This document shows, piece after piece, positions 37,939 to 48,695 of a stretch of 64,000 nt of DNA (its first letter is position 1; each line of letters begins with the position of its first letter). Source of the DNA: an uncultured Pseudomonadales bacterium (GTDB taxonomy: Bacteria > Pseudomonadota > Gammaproteobacteria > Pseudomonadales > UBA7239); contig CAZDWC010000010.1 of NCBI GenBank assembly GCA_964509075.1, forward strand, positions 22,368 to 86,367. Reading direction: 5' to 3'. The notes under the pieces are model-generated. The model was not told the DNA's origin. It made no database searches and worked only from the letters and a program-made list of their open reading frames with translations. A program made the position numbers and the translations under genes.

Positions 37939-39690
37939 ATGTCGTACCAGGCCCCTCTCTCTCACATGCGCTATCTGCTCAACAACGTTTTTGCTGCACA
38001 GCAACACTGGACACAGATGCCGGCATTTGCCGGCATCGACAGCAGCACGGTAGATGCCATTCTCGAAGAAGGCGCAAAACTGTGCGCGGAAGTGATCCAA
38101 CCGCTCAACCGCAGCGGCGACGAAGAAGGCGCGCAATTGCGCGATGGCAAGGTCAGCACACCCAAGGGGTTTCGCGAAGCGTACAAACTCGTCGCCGATG
38201 GTGGCTGGGTGGGACTGAGCGGCAACCCGGAACACGGCGGTCAGGGCTTGCCGAAAATGTTGACCGTGCTGTTCGAGGAAATGCTCTACAGCGCCAACAA
38301 TTCGTTCACGCTTTATGTCGCACTCACCAGTGGTGCGGCGCTGGCGATCAATGCACACGCCAGTGAACCACTGAAAAAAACGTATTTGCCCAAGATGTAC
38401 AGCGGCGAGTGGGCAGGCGCGATGGATCTGACCGAACCACACTGCGGCTCTGATCTCGGCATCCTGAAAACCAAAGCCGAGCCGCAGCATGATGGCAGTT
38501 TCAAGATTTCCGGCACCAAGATTTTCATCACCGGCGGCGATCACGATCTCACCGACAACATCATCCATCTTGTTCTCGCGCGCCTGCCGGACGCACCTGC
38601 CGGCCCGAAAGGTATTTCACTGTTTCTGGTGCCCAAATATCTTGTGAATAACGATGGCTCTCTCGGCGCACGCAATGCTGTCGCTGCCAGTGCGCTCGAA
38701 CACAAAATGGGCATCAAGGCTTCCGCAACGTGCGTGATGAATTTCGACGGCGCCACCGGCTGGCTGGTGGGTAAACCGCATCAAGGTCTGGCGGCGATGT
38801 TCACCATGATGAACTACGAGCGTTTGTCGATCGGCATCCAGGGCATCGGTTGCGGCGAAATGTCCTACCAGAATGCGGTGCGCTACGCGCGCGAACGTTT
38901 GCAAGGCCGTGCTGCACACGGCGCCGTGAATCCACAAGCCGCAGCAGACCCCATCATCCATCACGCCGATGTACGACGCATGCTGTTGACGCAACGCGCA
39001 TGGAATGAAGCAAGCCGCGCCTTTGCGGTGTATGTCGGCCTGCAACTCGATTTGGCCAATCACCATCCCGACCACGAAACCACAGTCAAAGCGGCACAGC
39101 GTGTAGCGCTGCTGACGCCAGTTGCCAAAGCCTTTTTCACCGACAAGGGTTTTGACAGCTGCGTGCTCGGCCAGCAGGTATTCGGCGGCCACGGCTACAT
39201 CCGCGACAACGAACAGGAACAACTGGTGCGCGATGCGCGCATCGCACAGATTTACGAAGGCACCAACGGCATACAGGCGCAGGATTTGCTGAAACGCAAA
39301 GTCCTCGCCAATGGCGGACGCTGGATACGCGATTTCATTCTGGAAATGGAACAGGATGTCGCAGAAATCAGCGCGGTATTTGCAAGCGAAGAAGACGCCG
39401 TACTCGCCGCCTGCTCCACACTGCGCGAATTGACCTTGTGGCTGGTCAAACAGGACAAGCGCGATGCAGATTTATGCGGCAGCGCTGCGTGTGATTATTT
39501 GCATGTATTCGGCCACACCATTTACGCCTGGTTATGGCTGAAAATGATTGCTGCCGATCCCGCGAACACCGATCTGCACGTCATTGGCCGTTTCTATTTC
39601 GGCCGGCTGCTACCGCAAATTCACGCACTCGATAAAGCCATACGCAGTGGCGCAGATCTGGTGATGGACCTGCCCCAGGAAAAATTCTGA
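37939..39690 (+). CDS. Long-form acyl-CoA dehydrogenase (FadE-type), tandem paralogue
   Basis: ORF 37900-39690(+), start at MSYQAPLSH (ATG 37939). MDLTEPHCGSDLG, KIFITGGDHD, QVFGGHGYIRDNE. Confidence 0.88.
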   Translation: MSYQAPLSHMRYLLNNVFAAQQHWTQMPAFAGIDSSTVDAILEEGAKLCAEVIQPLNRSGDEEGAQLRDGKVSTPKGFREAYKLVADGGWVGLSGNPEHGGQGLPKMLTVLFEEMLYSANNSFTLYVALTSGAALAINAHASEPLKKTYLPKMYSGEWAGAMDLTEPHCGSDLGILKTKAEPQHDGSFKISGTKIFITGGDHDLTDNIIHLVLARLPDAPAGPKGISLFLVPKYLVNNDGSLGARNAVAASALEHKMGIKASATCVMNFDGATGWLVGKPHQGLAAMFTMMNYERLSIGIQGIGCGEMSYQNAVRYARERLQGRAAHGAVNPQAAADPIIHHADVRRMLLTQRAWNEASRAFAVYVGLQLDLANHHPDHETTVKAAQRVALLTPVAKAFFTDKGFDSCVLGQQVFGGHGYIRDNEQEQLVRDARIAQIYEGTNGIQAQDLLKRKVLANGGRWIRDFILEMEQDVAEISAVFASEEDAVLAACSTLRELTLWLVKQDKRDADLCGSAACDYLHVFGHTIYAWLWLKMIAADPANTDLHVIGRFYFGRLLPQIHALDKAIRSGADLVMDLPQEKF

Positions 39691-39700
39691 GACCGGGTTT

Positions 39701-41116
39701 TTAAAGCATATCGCGCAGCCATTGATACATCGCGGCATTTTCCTCCTCGGTCAATGGCCCCAGTGGCGGCATGGCCGGTAAGGTGCGCGAATAAACAGAA
39801 GGCACCAGCGTCTTGAGATCCTGCCCGATGGTGAACACAAAAGGATTGGGAAGACTGTACTCGTAATAGCCATCGCGATCTTCATGCGCATTCATCAACG
39901 CCACAATGGATTTGGCATGAAAGCGAAACAAAGGATTGCGCACCGAACCGACGGCATGACATTCGGTACAGGCAGTGATCGCCAACGGCTCAGCTTCGTG
40001 TGCATCCAGCACGGGTTGGTTCAGGGGCCAGTCTGTCGTCACAACACCGTAAGTCAGCTGTCGTTGGTTGAATGCCCGCAGCAAAGCCCATTCCTCGGGC
40101 CCGGGTTCCGGAACAGTTGCCCAACGTCGCGGCCTGAGACGCAGAGGGCCCGCAGTATGACAACTCATGCAATCGCGCATATCGGCATCAACAATCTCAA
40201 ACGGATTCCGCAACAGCTCCTGGGCAATGTAGCGTTTTGGGGACTGGAAAATCCATCGGTTGGTCATGTCCGGCTGTTTGAAAAAATGCGTCCTGTATTG
40301 TGGGTCTTTCCTGTCAACCACAATGATGAACAAGCTGGCATTGGGAAAACGATGATGTTGTTTCAGCGTGGCCACATCGGCAAAAATCTCCTCCTGTCGC
40401 GCCTGGCGCAGAGTCCAGATATCCAGATCCCCGTCTTCCATGAAAGCCACCTGGTTGAGCAGGTAATTCTGGTAAGACAGAAACGTTACTGACGGCAGAC
40501 TGTCAAAGGCATACTGCTGCTTGTCCAGCTGTTCCAACCGCGCCTTTATCCATGCACGCCTTTCCGCATCCGACTGCAACAAAACCGGCACAGCAGCATT
40601 TGCACACCCGGCACTGTTATTGCGCCAGCGAACAATCTGCGCAGGCGTGAGCGACAAACCTTCGGAAACCAACAAGTACGCCAGCACAGCGTCAATCTCT
40701 GCACCCGCCTGCGCGGCAGCCACTACTGGATCAACACCGGAACGCTGCTGCCAGGCCGGCATCGGATACACCGGGTTGCCGTTTAAAACCAGCTGGTGCA
40801 CACGCTCATATTCGGTCGCAAATTCGCGGTAAGCCGCAGCACATCTGGCTGCGTAGGCAGCCTCGCCAAAGCGCGCTTCCCTGTCCTGCAGGATCGCAGC
40901 CAGTGCGCGCAACTTGGTGAGGATGCGCGCACGCGGCGGTCGCTCGAAGTCGACACCCGCAAACGCCGGACCATCTTCCACTGCAGGGGTATGGCAGGCA
41001 TTGCAGGCAGATTGCTCGAACAACTGTCGCCCGGCCTCGTGCCATGCCGATTCAGCCGCAAGCACAGCGCCACACCAGGCAGACAATACGATTGTCGCAA
41101 TCCATTTTCTCGGCAT
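39701..41116 (-). CDS. Secreted protein with three CxxCH haem-c motifs (uncharacterised cytochrome c)
   Basis: ORF 39701-41206(-). Start at [23 protein letters not shown] (ATG 41116, signal peptide). Motifs CNACH, CMSCH, CTECH. Confidence 0.65.
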   Translation of the reverse strand: MPRKWIATIVLSAWCGAVLAAESAWHEAGRQLFEQSACNACHTPAVEDGPAFAGVDFERPPRARILTKLRALAAILQDREARFGEAAYAARCAAAYREFATEYERVHQLVLNGNPVYPMPAWQQRSGVDPVVAAAQAGAEIDAVLAYLLVSEGLSLTPAQIVRWRNNSAGCANAAVPVLLQSDAERRAWIKARLEQLDKQQYAFDSLPSVTFLSYQNYLLNQVAFMEDGDLDIWTLRQARQEEIFADVATLKQHHRFPNASLFIIVVDRKDPQYRTHFFKQPDMTNRWIFQSPKRYIAQELLRNPFEIVDADMRDCMSCHTAGPLRLRPRRWATVPEPGPEEWALLRAFNQRQLTYGVVTTDWPLNQPVLDAHEAEPLAITACTECHAVGSVRNPLFRFHAKSIVALMNAHEDRDGYYEYSLPNPFVFTIGQDLKTLVPSVYSRTLPAMPPLGPLTEEENAAMYQWLRDML

Positions 41117-41204
41117 ATCAGCGATCGCCAGCCCGGTTATTGTCGCGAAAGTATATCGCTGTGACATGCTAGAATCCTGCTTCATTTTACGAGGCCAACG
41201 CTCC

Positions 41205-41879
41205 ATGACCCGCGATTACTGGATTGCCCCGTCGATTCTTTCCGCAGACTTCGCCCGCCTGGGCGAAGAGGTTGAACGTGTACTGAGCGCCGGTGCCGAT
41301 GTCGTGCATTTCGATGTCATGGACAATCACTATGTACCCAACCTCACCATCGGCCCCATGGTCTGCAAGGCACTGCGCAGCTACGGCATCACCGCGCCCA
41401 TCGACGTACATCTGATGGTGAAGCCGGTGGATCGTATCATCGGCGATTTCATCGAAGCCGGTGCCAGCATCATTACCTTCCACCCGGAAGCCTCCGAACA
41501 TATCGACCGCTCGTTGCAACTGATCCGCGCAGGCGGCTGCAAGGCGGGCCTCGTGCTGAATCCTGCCACAACCCCCGAGTGTCTGTCCTATGTGATGGAC
41601 AAGCTGGACATGATCCTGTTGATGTCGGTCAACCCCGGCTTTGGCGGCCAGTCGTTCATTCCTTCAACACTCGACAAACTGCGCATCGTTCGTCAGTTGA
41701 TTGATGACAGCGGCTATGACATCCGGCTTGAAGTGGATGGCGGAGTGAGCGAAAAAAATATCGCGGAAATTGCCAGAGCCGGAGCAGATACTTTCGTTGC
41801 GGGTTCAGCGATATTCAACAAACCCGACTACAAGACCGTGATCGACACCATGCGCGCTGCGCTGGCCAACCTGCGTTGA
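41205..41879 (+). CDS. rpe: Ribulose-phosphate 3-epimerase
   Basis: In ORF 40914-41879(+), start at [22 protein letters not shown] (ATG 41205). [12 protein letters not shown] and [13 protein letters not shown]. Confidence 0.93.
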   Translation: MTRDYWIAPSILSADFARLGEEVERVLSAGADVVHFDVMDNHYVPNLTIGPMVCKALRSYGITAPIDVHLMVKPVDRIIGDFIEAGASIITFHPEASEHIDRSLQLIRAGGCKAGLVLNPATTPECLSYVMDKLDMILLMSVNPGFGGQSFIPSTLDKLRIVRQLIDDSGYDIRLEVDGGVSEKNIAEIARAGADTFVAGSAIFNKPDYKTVIDTMRAALANLR

Positions 41880-41892
41880 AAGGAGCATCAAG

Positions 41893-42357
41893 ATGAAAAC
41901 CATTGAGCCGTACAGTGAAAAACAGGAAAAATTCGGCAGCTGGCTGATCAAGAACATCGGCAAGTGGCAGGTGTCCGTCTATCGCGCCACTGGCGGGCGC
42001 GTGTGGAATAAATTCCTCGGCGCACCGGTTTCTATTCTCACCAGCATCGGTCACAAATCGGGTGAAGTGCGTCGCACACCATTGTTGTACCTGGAGCAAG
42101 GCGAAACAGTGGTGATTGCCGCATCCAAGGGCGGCATGTCAAAGCCGCCGATATGGATGTTCAACCTGCAAAAAACACCCGATTGTGAAATACAGATCGG
42201 CCCGCGCAACCGCCTGATGCGCGCACGCGTGGCCAGCGAAGAAGAAGAAAAAGACCTGTGGCCGAAACTCACGGCCATTTATGCCGACTTTGATGAATAC
42301 CGCACGCGCACTGCCGGCGTGCGCCATATCCCTCTGTTTATTCTGGAGCCGCGCTAA
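41893..42357 (+). CDS. Nitroreductase / deazaflavin-dependent (DDN, PF04075-like) family protein
   Basis: 154 aa. VYRATGGR...LTSIGHKSGEVRRTPLLY...VIAASKGGMSKPPIWMFNL...IPLFILEPR. Confidence 0.65.
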   Translation: MKTIEPYSEKQEKFGSWLIKNIGKWQVSVYRATGGRVWNKFLGAPVSILTSIGHKSGEVRRTPLLYLEQGETVVIAASKGGMSKPPIWMFNLQKTPDCEIQIGPRNRLMRARVASEEEEKDLWPKLTAIYADFDEYRTRTAGVRHIPLFILEPR

Positions 42358-44035
42358 CTGCCACTGCCGCGTCCAACTGGATGCGGCAGCGCTCACCATC
42401 GTTGTTTTGTCCCCATAATTGCAAATCATGCAAACGCACATCTGCAGGCAGGTGTGTGTACAGCAATACTTGTGTTGCCGGCAACCACGGCTGCGGCAAC
42501 AGCAGCATCCAATCCGCCCAAGCAATGTCTCGCAAGGGTGTTGACCAGCCTTTGAAACGCACACGAGCAGGGACTGCTGCACCTGCATACATCTCACCTT
42601 GTGCATCAACCGCAACAAACCCCTGCAGAGCCGCACCGTTGGCGTCACGAGCACGCAGAACATAATCGACATACGCGCCCTTGGTAACTGCTGTACGTCG
42701 CAACAACGTTGCCGAACAATCTCGCCCTTCCACTGCAGCCAGCAATGGCAGTGCATCCACGTGATAAATATCCAGGTGCTGCGCCTTGAGATAGTCACTG
42801 TTTATCTGCAACGAACGCTCACTGCCAACCATCGCATTGAGACGCAAACCCGCGAGATGCGCAAAATTACCATTGCGCGCCACAACACTGGCAAGCTCCA
42901 TCCTGCCTGCGTGATCGGCGCCAACTGCCACTGCAGACAAACCCGCACACACCAGACCCAAACCGCATACCAGAGACAGCGTGCGAAACAGCAACACAGA
43001 CATCCCAGACAACTTCAGCAAGGTCATCAACCACAACGGAGCAATGTAAACATAGTAGCGACTGAGATCCGCATCCGCCCCCAGAAAACGGTAACGCCCC
43101 CACATCACCGTCAACGCAATCAGCATGAAATACACCAGCAAGACATCGCACAATGACACAGCGCGATACTTCAAACAGCCCCATACTGCAAATAAAAAAA
43201 CAAGCGCAGGGAGAAGCCCAAGCCAGCGAAAACCGGAAGACCATGCACTGAAAGGAAAGGATAAATAGCGCAATAACAAATCGGGTGCCGACCAGAAAAA
43301 ACCGTTTACCTGCAGATGGGCATCATCAGGAATGGCATCCGGCTTGAGCAACAGCGATACAGGCAGAACAAAAAGACCGTACGCCAGCAAAATTTGCCAA
43401 CGCTCACGACGACACAACAACAGAAAAGCAAACGCCAGCAACGACGCCAAACCCGAACCGCAAGATAATCCTGCGAGCAGCAACAGCACGCAGGCTAACA
43501 GCAAAGTCTTTAACGACAATACAACCGCTGACAATGTCGCGACACGGAATGCCAGCAAGGAAAAAAACACCGCGAAATAATGTTGTAGCAGGAAGTCCCA
43601 CTCAATCACCAGTGTCTGCAGACCATTAAACAGAACCACCAGCGCCAGCAAAAACCACTGCTCATGTTTAACAGCCTTCACAGCAGGCAACAGCAACGAC
43701 AACGACAAAAACAGATTCAGCAGACACAAGAAGAAGGAACAAGCTTTCAGCAGCACACCACTCGCTGCAAAAAAATGGAAGTTGAGCCAGAAAAAAAACT
43801 TGGGCACCAGTAACACATGCACGGCTGCATATTTCCGCAACAACTCATGCAGGAATGCAGGCGTATCCATGTCACCCAGCTGCCGATATGCCGAGAACAT
43901 GTCCCACATATCCCCAAGGATACCCGGCGCGTGCACGCGCCACTGCCAGTAGACTGACAGCAGCAACCAGAGAACAGAAAAAAATTTCAGTGGCAAGGGC
44001 AGCGCGCGCAGGACATGTTTCAGTTCACTGCGCAC
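42338..44035 (-). CDS. Hypothetical polytopic membrane protein (about 12 TM) with a roughly 165-aa C-terminal soluble domain
   Basis: 565 aa. Leu/Phe-rich hydrophobic N-terminal two-thirds. No family recognised; GT-C or polymerase-like topology. Confidence 0.55.
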   Translation of the reverse strand: MRSELKHVLRALPLPLKFFSVLWLLLSVYWQWRVHAPGILGDMWDMFSAYRQLGDMDTPAFLHELLRKYAAVHVLLVPKFFFWLNFHFFAASGVLLKACSFFLCLLNLFLSLSLLLPAVKAVKHEQWFLLALVVLFNGLQTLVIEWDFLLQHYFAVFFSLLAFRVATLSAVVLSLKTLLLACVLLLLAGLSCGSGLASLLAFAFLLLCRRERWQILLAYGLFVLPVSLLLKPDAIPDDAHLQVNGFFWSAPDLLLRYLSFPFSAWSSGFRWLGLLPALVFLFAVWGCLKYRAVSLCDVLLVYFMLIALTVMWGRYRFLGADADLSRYYVYIAPLWLMTLLKLSGMSVLLFRTLSLVCGLGLVCAGLSAVAVGADHAGRMELASVVARNGNFAHLAGLRLNAMVGSERSLQINSDYLKAQHLDIYHVDALPLLAAVEGRDCSATLLRRTAVTKGAYVDYVLRARDANGAALQGFVAVDAQGEMYAGAAVPARVRFKGWSTPLRDIAWADWMLLLPQPWLPATQVLLYTHLPADVRLHDLQLWGQNNDGERCRIQLDAAVAVSAAPE

Positions 44036-44047
44036 GTCTTTGCTCCT

Positions 44048-45442
44048 TTATGGCCGGATATGCGCAGCCATGAACTGCTGCACGGCGGCGAGATCTTTCG
44101 GCAGCACAGCGCAACGTTCTTCACGCTCGAACAGATCTTTCATGTGCAGAGGCAATGGCGGATCAACAGGATAGCCGGCCTTGCGCACCGCATCAGGAAA
44201 CTTGGCCGGATGTGCTGTCGCCAGTGTAATGACCGGCAAATCCTGCGACTTGCGGCACGCACGCGCCGCTTTCACGCCAATCCCCGAGTGTGGGTCCAGC
44301 AGGTATTCACTCTCGGCCAGCACATCGGCAATGACCTTGCAGGTCTGCTCGTCATCAACGGCCAGACTGGCAAACAGCTCACGCGCTTTCGCAAACCGCG
44401 CAGCATCTATCGACACCGAGCCTTTGCCGAAATCCGCCATCAACTTGTCAATCGCAGCACCGTCGCGATCGTGCAACTCGAACAACATGCGTTCGAAGTT
44501 GCTGGAGATCATGATGTCCATGCTCGGCGACAAGGTGTGCATCAACTCGGTTTTCTCGAGTTTGTTGCCACTCATGAAGCGGTGCAGGATATCGTTGCGA
44601 TTGGTGGCAATAATCAGCTGCTCGATCGGCAAGCCCATGCGCTTTGCTACATAACCGGCAAAAATATCACCGAAGTTGCCGGTCGGCACCGAGAACTGCA
44701 TGGCGCGATGTGGCGCTCCCAACTGCACGGCTGCATAGAAGTAATACACCACCTGCGCCATGATGCGCGCCCAGTTGATGGAGTTCACTGCCACCAGCGG
44801 TTTGCCATTGAGAAATGACTGATCCGCAAAAGAATCTTTCACCATCTGCTGGCAATCATCAAAATTGCCTTGCACGGCAATGTTGTGGATGTTCGGCGCC
44901 AGCACTGTGGTCATCTGCCGGCGCTGCACGTCGGATACGCGTTGATGCGGATGCAGAATAAAAATATCGATATTTTCACAGCGGCGGCAACCTTCAATCG
45001 CAGCCGAGCCTGTATCACCCGACGTCGCACCCATAATCACCACACGCTCCTTGCGTTTGGCGAGTACTGCATCCAGCAGGCGGCCGAGCAATTGCAGCGC
45101 AACATCTTTAAACGCCAGTGTCGGGCCGTGAAACAGTTCCAGCACCCATTCATTGCTGTTCAACTGCACCAGCGGCGTCACCGCAGGATGACGGAAGGTG
45201 GTGTACGTGTCGCGGATAATCGCTTCGAGTTTCGATTGCTCAATCGCACCATCGACAAAAGGCGAAATCACCTTGATGGCGACATCGCTGTACGAGAGCC
45301 CGGACCAGCTGGCAATTTCCTCGCGCGAAAACTGCGGGTATTGCTCCGGCACATACAGGCCGCCATCAACAGCAAGACCGGCGAGCAAAACTTCTTCAAA
45401 ATCCAGTACGGGCGCGCGCCCGCGAGTACTTACATATTTCAT
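44048..45442 (-). CDS. thrC: Threonine synthase
   Basis: 464 aa. MKYVSTRG start and HGPTLAFKDVALQ (PLP lysine). Confidence 0.93.
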   Translation of the reverse strand: MKYVSTRGRAPVLDFEEVLLAGLAVDGGLYVPEQYPQFSREEIASWSGLSYSDVAIKVISPFVDGAIEQSKLEAIIRDTYTTFRHPAVTPLVQLNSNEWVLELFHGPTLAFKDVALQLLGRLLDAVLAKRKERVVIMGATSGDTGSAAIEGCRRCENIDIFILHPHQRVSDVQRRQMTTVLAPNIHNIAVQGNFDDCQQMVKDSFADQSFLNGKPLVAVNSINWARIMAQVVYYFYAAVQLGAPHRAMQFSVPTGNFGDIFAGYVAKRMGLPIEQLIIATNRNDILHRFMSGNKLEKTELMHTLSPSMDIMISSNFERMLFELHDRDGAAIDKLMADFGKGSVSIDAARFAKARELFASLAVDDEQTCKVIADVLAESEYLLDPHSGIGVKAARACRKSQDLPVITLATAHPAKFPDAVRKAGYPVDPPLPLHMKDLFEREERCAVLPKDLAAVQQFMAAHIRP

Positions 45443-45446
45443 ACTA

Positions 45447-45482
45447 CCCTCACCCTGCCCCTCTCCCGCAGGCGGGAGAGGG
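45447..45482 (-). repeat. Truncated, inverted copy of the modular hairpin repeat
   Basis: CCCTCACCC (reverse complement of the GGGTGAGGG arm) plus hairpin CCTCTCCCGC-ag-GCGGGAGAGG. Fills the hom-thrC spacer. Confidence 0.6.
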
Positions 45483-45489
45483 AAAACTG

Positions 45490-46803
45490 TTAGCTACCCA
45501 ACGACTCCACACGCAATTTCACGACTGGCGCAACCATGAAAGCCTTGCTTTCAATTTCGCCAATCACGGCATTGGCCGTGCTTTCCTGAATCACATTGGT
45601 GATCAGCACGATATTGACTTGCGTTTCACCGCGCTGCGGCTCTTTCTGGATAATCGCTTCAATACTGATGCCGGCCCGACTGAGAATCTGCGTCAGTTCC
45701 GACATCACACCCGGCTTGTCGGCCACGCGCATGCGCAAGTAATAACCGGAGTGGATCTGCGCAATCGGCAGGATCGTGCGCTCGCGAATCGCGGAAGGCA
45801 CAAAGCCCATGTACGGCACAGGCAGGTTGTTGCCGTGTGACACGGCGCGGGCGATATCGACGATATCAGCAATCACCGCAGACGCCGTCGGCTCGCTGCC
45901 GGCACCAGCGCCGCTGTATACCGTGGGGCCAACAGCATCGCCCATCACCATCACCGCATTTTTTACACCATCAACCTTGGCGATCAGACTGTCTTCCGGC
46001 ACCAGTGTCGGGTTGACACGCAACTCCACACCTTCTGCACTTTCACGCGCAATGCCGAGATGCTTGATGCGATAACCCAGTTCTTCGGCGTAGCGAATAT
46101 CTTCCTGCGTAATGGTGGTGACACCTTCCGTATAAATGCGTTTGATTTCCAGCGGCATGCCGAAGGCAATCGACGCCAGAATCACCAGCTTGTGCGCGGC
46201 ATCAATACCTTCGACATCAAACGTCGGATCGGCTTCGGCATAACCGAGCGCCTGCGCTTCTTTCAATACATCGTCGAACGCGCGGCCCTTGTCGCGCATT
46301 TCCGTCAGGATGAAATTGGTGGTGCCATTGATGATACCCGCCACCCATTCGATGCGATTGGCAACGAGACCGTCACGCAATGCCTTGATGATGGGAATGC
46401 CGCCGGCCACAGCCGCTTCATACGCCACTGCAACATTGGCAGCGGCCGCAGCCGTGAAAATTTCCTCACCGTGATGCGCAATCAAAGCCTTGTTGGCGGT
46501 GACCACATGCTTGCCATGGCGAATCGCCTCCAGCACCAGTTCGCGCGCGACATCAGTGCCGCCAATCAACTCGACCACGATGTCCACGGCCGGATCACGC
46601 GCTACGGCAAACAGGTCTTCGCTGACACGCACCGCATCCAGTGCACACGCATGTGTATTACGACGCGCTCCGACATGAATGACATTGACATCGCAACCGG
46701 CGCGGGCGCCGATCAGCTGCGCATTGCGCAACAGGATATTGAACACACCGCTACCGACGGTGCCGAGGCCACACAGACCCACAGTCACTTTTTTCACAAC
46801 CAC
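45490..46803 (-). CDS. hom: Homoserine dehydrogenase (with C-terminal ACT domain)
   Basis: 437 aa. GLCGLGTVGSG, TANKALIA, GIINGTTNFIL. Confidence 0.93.
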   Translation of the reverse strand: MVVKKVTVGLCGLGTVGSGVFNILLRNAQLIGARAGCDVNVIHVGARRNTHACALDAVRVSEDLFAVARDPAVDIVVELIGGTDVARELVLEAIRHGKHVVTANKALIAHHGEEIFTAAAAANVAVAYEAAVAGGIPIIKALRDGLVANRIEWVAGIINGTTNFILTEMRDKGRAFDDVLKEAQALGYAEADPTFDVEGIDAAHKLVILASIAFGMPLEIKRIYTEGVTTITQEDIRYAEELGYRIKHLGIARESAEGVELRVNPTLVPEDSLIAKVDGVKNAVMVMGDAVGPTVYSGAGAGSEPTASAVIADIVDIARAVSHGNNLPVPYMGFVPSAIRERTILPIAQIHSGYYLRMRVADKPGVMSELTQILSRAGISIEAIIQKEPQRGETQVNIVLITNVIQESTANAVIGEIESKAFMVAPVVKLRVESLGS

Positions 46804-46817
46804 CTCGCTCGCAATAG

Positions 46818-46850
46818 CAAGGGGTCAGACCCTGCGGGTCTGACCCCTTG
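46818..46850 (-). terminator. Perfect 15-bp-stem hairpin; possible terminator or REP unit
   Basis: CAAGGGGTCAGACCC-tgc-GGGTCTGACCCCTTG, 43 nt after the GGDEF-EAL stop. No clear U-tract. Confidence 0.35.
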
Positions 46851-46892
46851 CCGTAAATCAGGGTGGCATTGTAACGCAGGAAAACAGACGTA

Positions 46893-48638
46893 TCAGATAG
46901 CGGCCGGCGGCGGCGGCATCAAGTCGGCAAAACTGACCGGCGGTACCGGTTGCGGCAAGATCAGCGCCTCCAGCTCTTCAACAGTCTGCGGGCGACCGAG
47001 CAGGAAGCCCTGCACGGTCATGCAGCCGGCCTGATGCAGCCAGGCAAGCTGCTCTTCGGTTTCGATGCCTTCCGCAATGACTTTCAGATCCATGCTGCTG
47101 GCCATGGCGATCACCGCATTGATGATCTGCTCATCCCCGACGGCACCGGGTACGCGACTGACAAAACTGCGATCAATCTTGAGACTGTCGATAGGCAGCT
47201 GGCGCAGGTAGCTGAGTGACGAGTAACCGGTGCCGAAATCATCAATGGCAATGCGCAGACCGCTCTCGCGCAGGTTACCCAGCACATCGAGGGCGTATTG
47301 CACATCATCCATCAGCAGGCTTTCGGTGAGTTCCAGCAGCAAGTGCTGCGCATCCATGCCCGTCTCTGCAAGAATTTCCCGCACACGGCTAATCAGGTCT
47401 CCCGCAGCAAACTGGCGTGCAGAAACGTTGACGGACACATATTCCAGCTCCGCCCCAGACAATTGCCACCGGCAAAACTGCCGGCAGGCTTCAGCAAGCA
47501 CCCAGGCGCCGATATCCACAATCAGACCACTGGCTTCCGCCACCGGAATGAATTCCCCCGGCGGAATCAAGCCGTATTTCGGATGCCGCCAGCGCAGCAG
47601 GACTTCGGCACCGATGACACGGCGCGTCACGGCATCGCACAGCGGCTGGTAGAGCGGAAACAGCTCGCCATTGCGAATGGCTGAACGCAGGTCGTGCTCC
47701 AGCTCCAGATGCAGCATGGCCAGCTCATTCATCTCCGGCACATAGAACATGTGACGATTCTTGCCGGCAGATTTGGCACGGTACATGGCGGTATCGGCAT
47801 TGCGTTGCAGGCTTTGCACATCCGGGCCGTCCTGCGGATAAAAGGCGATACCGATGCTGCAGGCTGAAAACACCGTGCGCCCCTGCACTTCAAACGGCTT
47901 GGACATTGCCAGCTTCACTTTCTCGACCACCGCCGTGGCCGACATCATGGCCTCCCCACGGCTGCCGATGCCTTCCAGCAGAATGCCGAACTCATCGCCG
48001 CCCATGCGTGCCACGGTATCGCCCTTGCGCAGACAATTGACCAGACGCCGCGCCACGCCCTGCAGCAAGGCATCACCCGCGCCGTGACCGAGGGAATCAT
48101 TCAGACCCTTGAAGTGATCAAGATCGAGGAAAATCAACGCCAGCAAACGCTTTTTCATATCCGCCTGCAGCAACGCACTGCGCAGTCGTTCGCCGAACAG
48201 TGCGCGATTGGGCAAATGGGTCAGGGAGTCATAATATGCCAGCCGCCGAAGCCGGTCTTCCGAAGCCTTGCGGGCCGTGACGTCGGTAAAACTGGTGATG
48301 ACGTGGGTGCGCTGGCCATTGGCATCCATGACAGGACTGATGCAAACCTCCGCCGGGAACACGCAACTGTCGGCGCCACGAGAGTAGATCTCGCCTTCCC
48401 AGTTCTGGCCGCGCGCCAGCACATCCTCGATCTGCCGGAAAAAACCGGGCTCATGCAAACCCGAACGGAAACGTGAGGGCCGTGATCCCAGCAACACCTC
48501 CCGTTCATGGCCGATAATGCGTGTAGCAGCAGTATTGGCCTGCACGATGACACCAGCCTTGTCGACAATAAAAATGCCGGTGGTGCTGCTCTCGAAAACA
48601 CGGGCAGCCAGCATCAGCGCGTCAGCAGGTGCATCCAT
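46893..48638 (-). CDS. PAS-GGDEF-EAL c-di-GMP turnover protein
   Basis: 581 aa. I-site RKGD plus MGGDEFG. EAL-domain motifs [28 protein letters not shown]. Both domains look intact. Confidence 0.9.
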   Translation of the reverse strand: MDAPADALMLAARVFESSTTGIFIVDKAGVIVQANTAATRIIGHEREVLLGSRPSRFRSGLHEPGFFRQIEDVLARGQNWEGEIYSRGADSCVFPAEVCISPVMDANGQRTHVITSFTDVTARKASEDRLRRLAYYDSLTHLPNRALFGERLRSALLQADMKKRLLALIFLDLDHFKGLNDSLGHGAGDALLQGVARRLVNCLRKGDTVARMGGDEFGILLEGIGSRGEAMMSATAVVEKVKLAMSKPFEVQGRTVFSACSIGIAFYPQDGPDVQSLQRNADTAMYRAKSAGKNRHMFYVPEMNELAMLHLELEHDLRSAIRNGELFPLYQPLCDAVTRRVIGAEVLLRWRHPKYGLIPPGEFIPVAEASGLIVDIGAWVLAEACRQFCRWQLSGAELEYVSVNVSARQFAAGDLISRVREILAETGMDAQHLLLELTESLLMDDVQYALDVLGNLRESGLRIAIDDFGTGYSSLSYLRQLPIDSLKIDRSFVSRVPGAVGDEQIINAVIAMASSMDLKVIAEGIETEEQLAWLHQAGCMTVQGFLLGRPQTVEELEALILPQPVPPVSFADLMPPPPAAI

Positions 48639-48695
48639 GGGCCATTCAGTTCTCCAGTCATTGTCTGGAGTATAGGCGTGGCCGCGAAATTTGCC

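Noticed and set aside
43770-43796. T7/T8 homopolymer tracts in the 565-aa membrane-protein gene as phase-variation switches
   Set aside because: The tracts simply encode Phe clusters in TM helices and are shorter than typical contingency-locus repeats. There is no evidence of length polymorphism from a single sequence.
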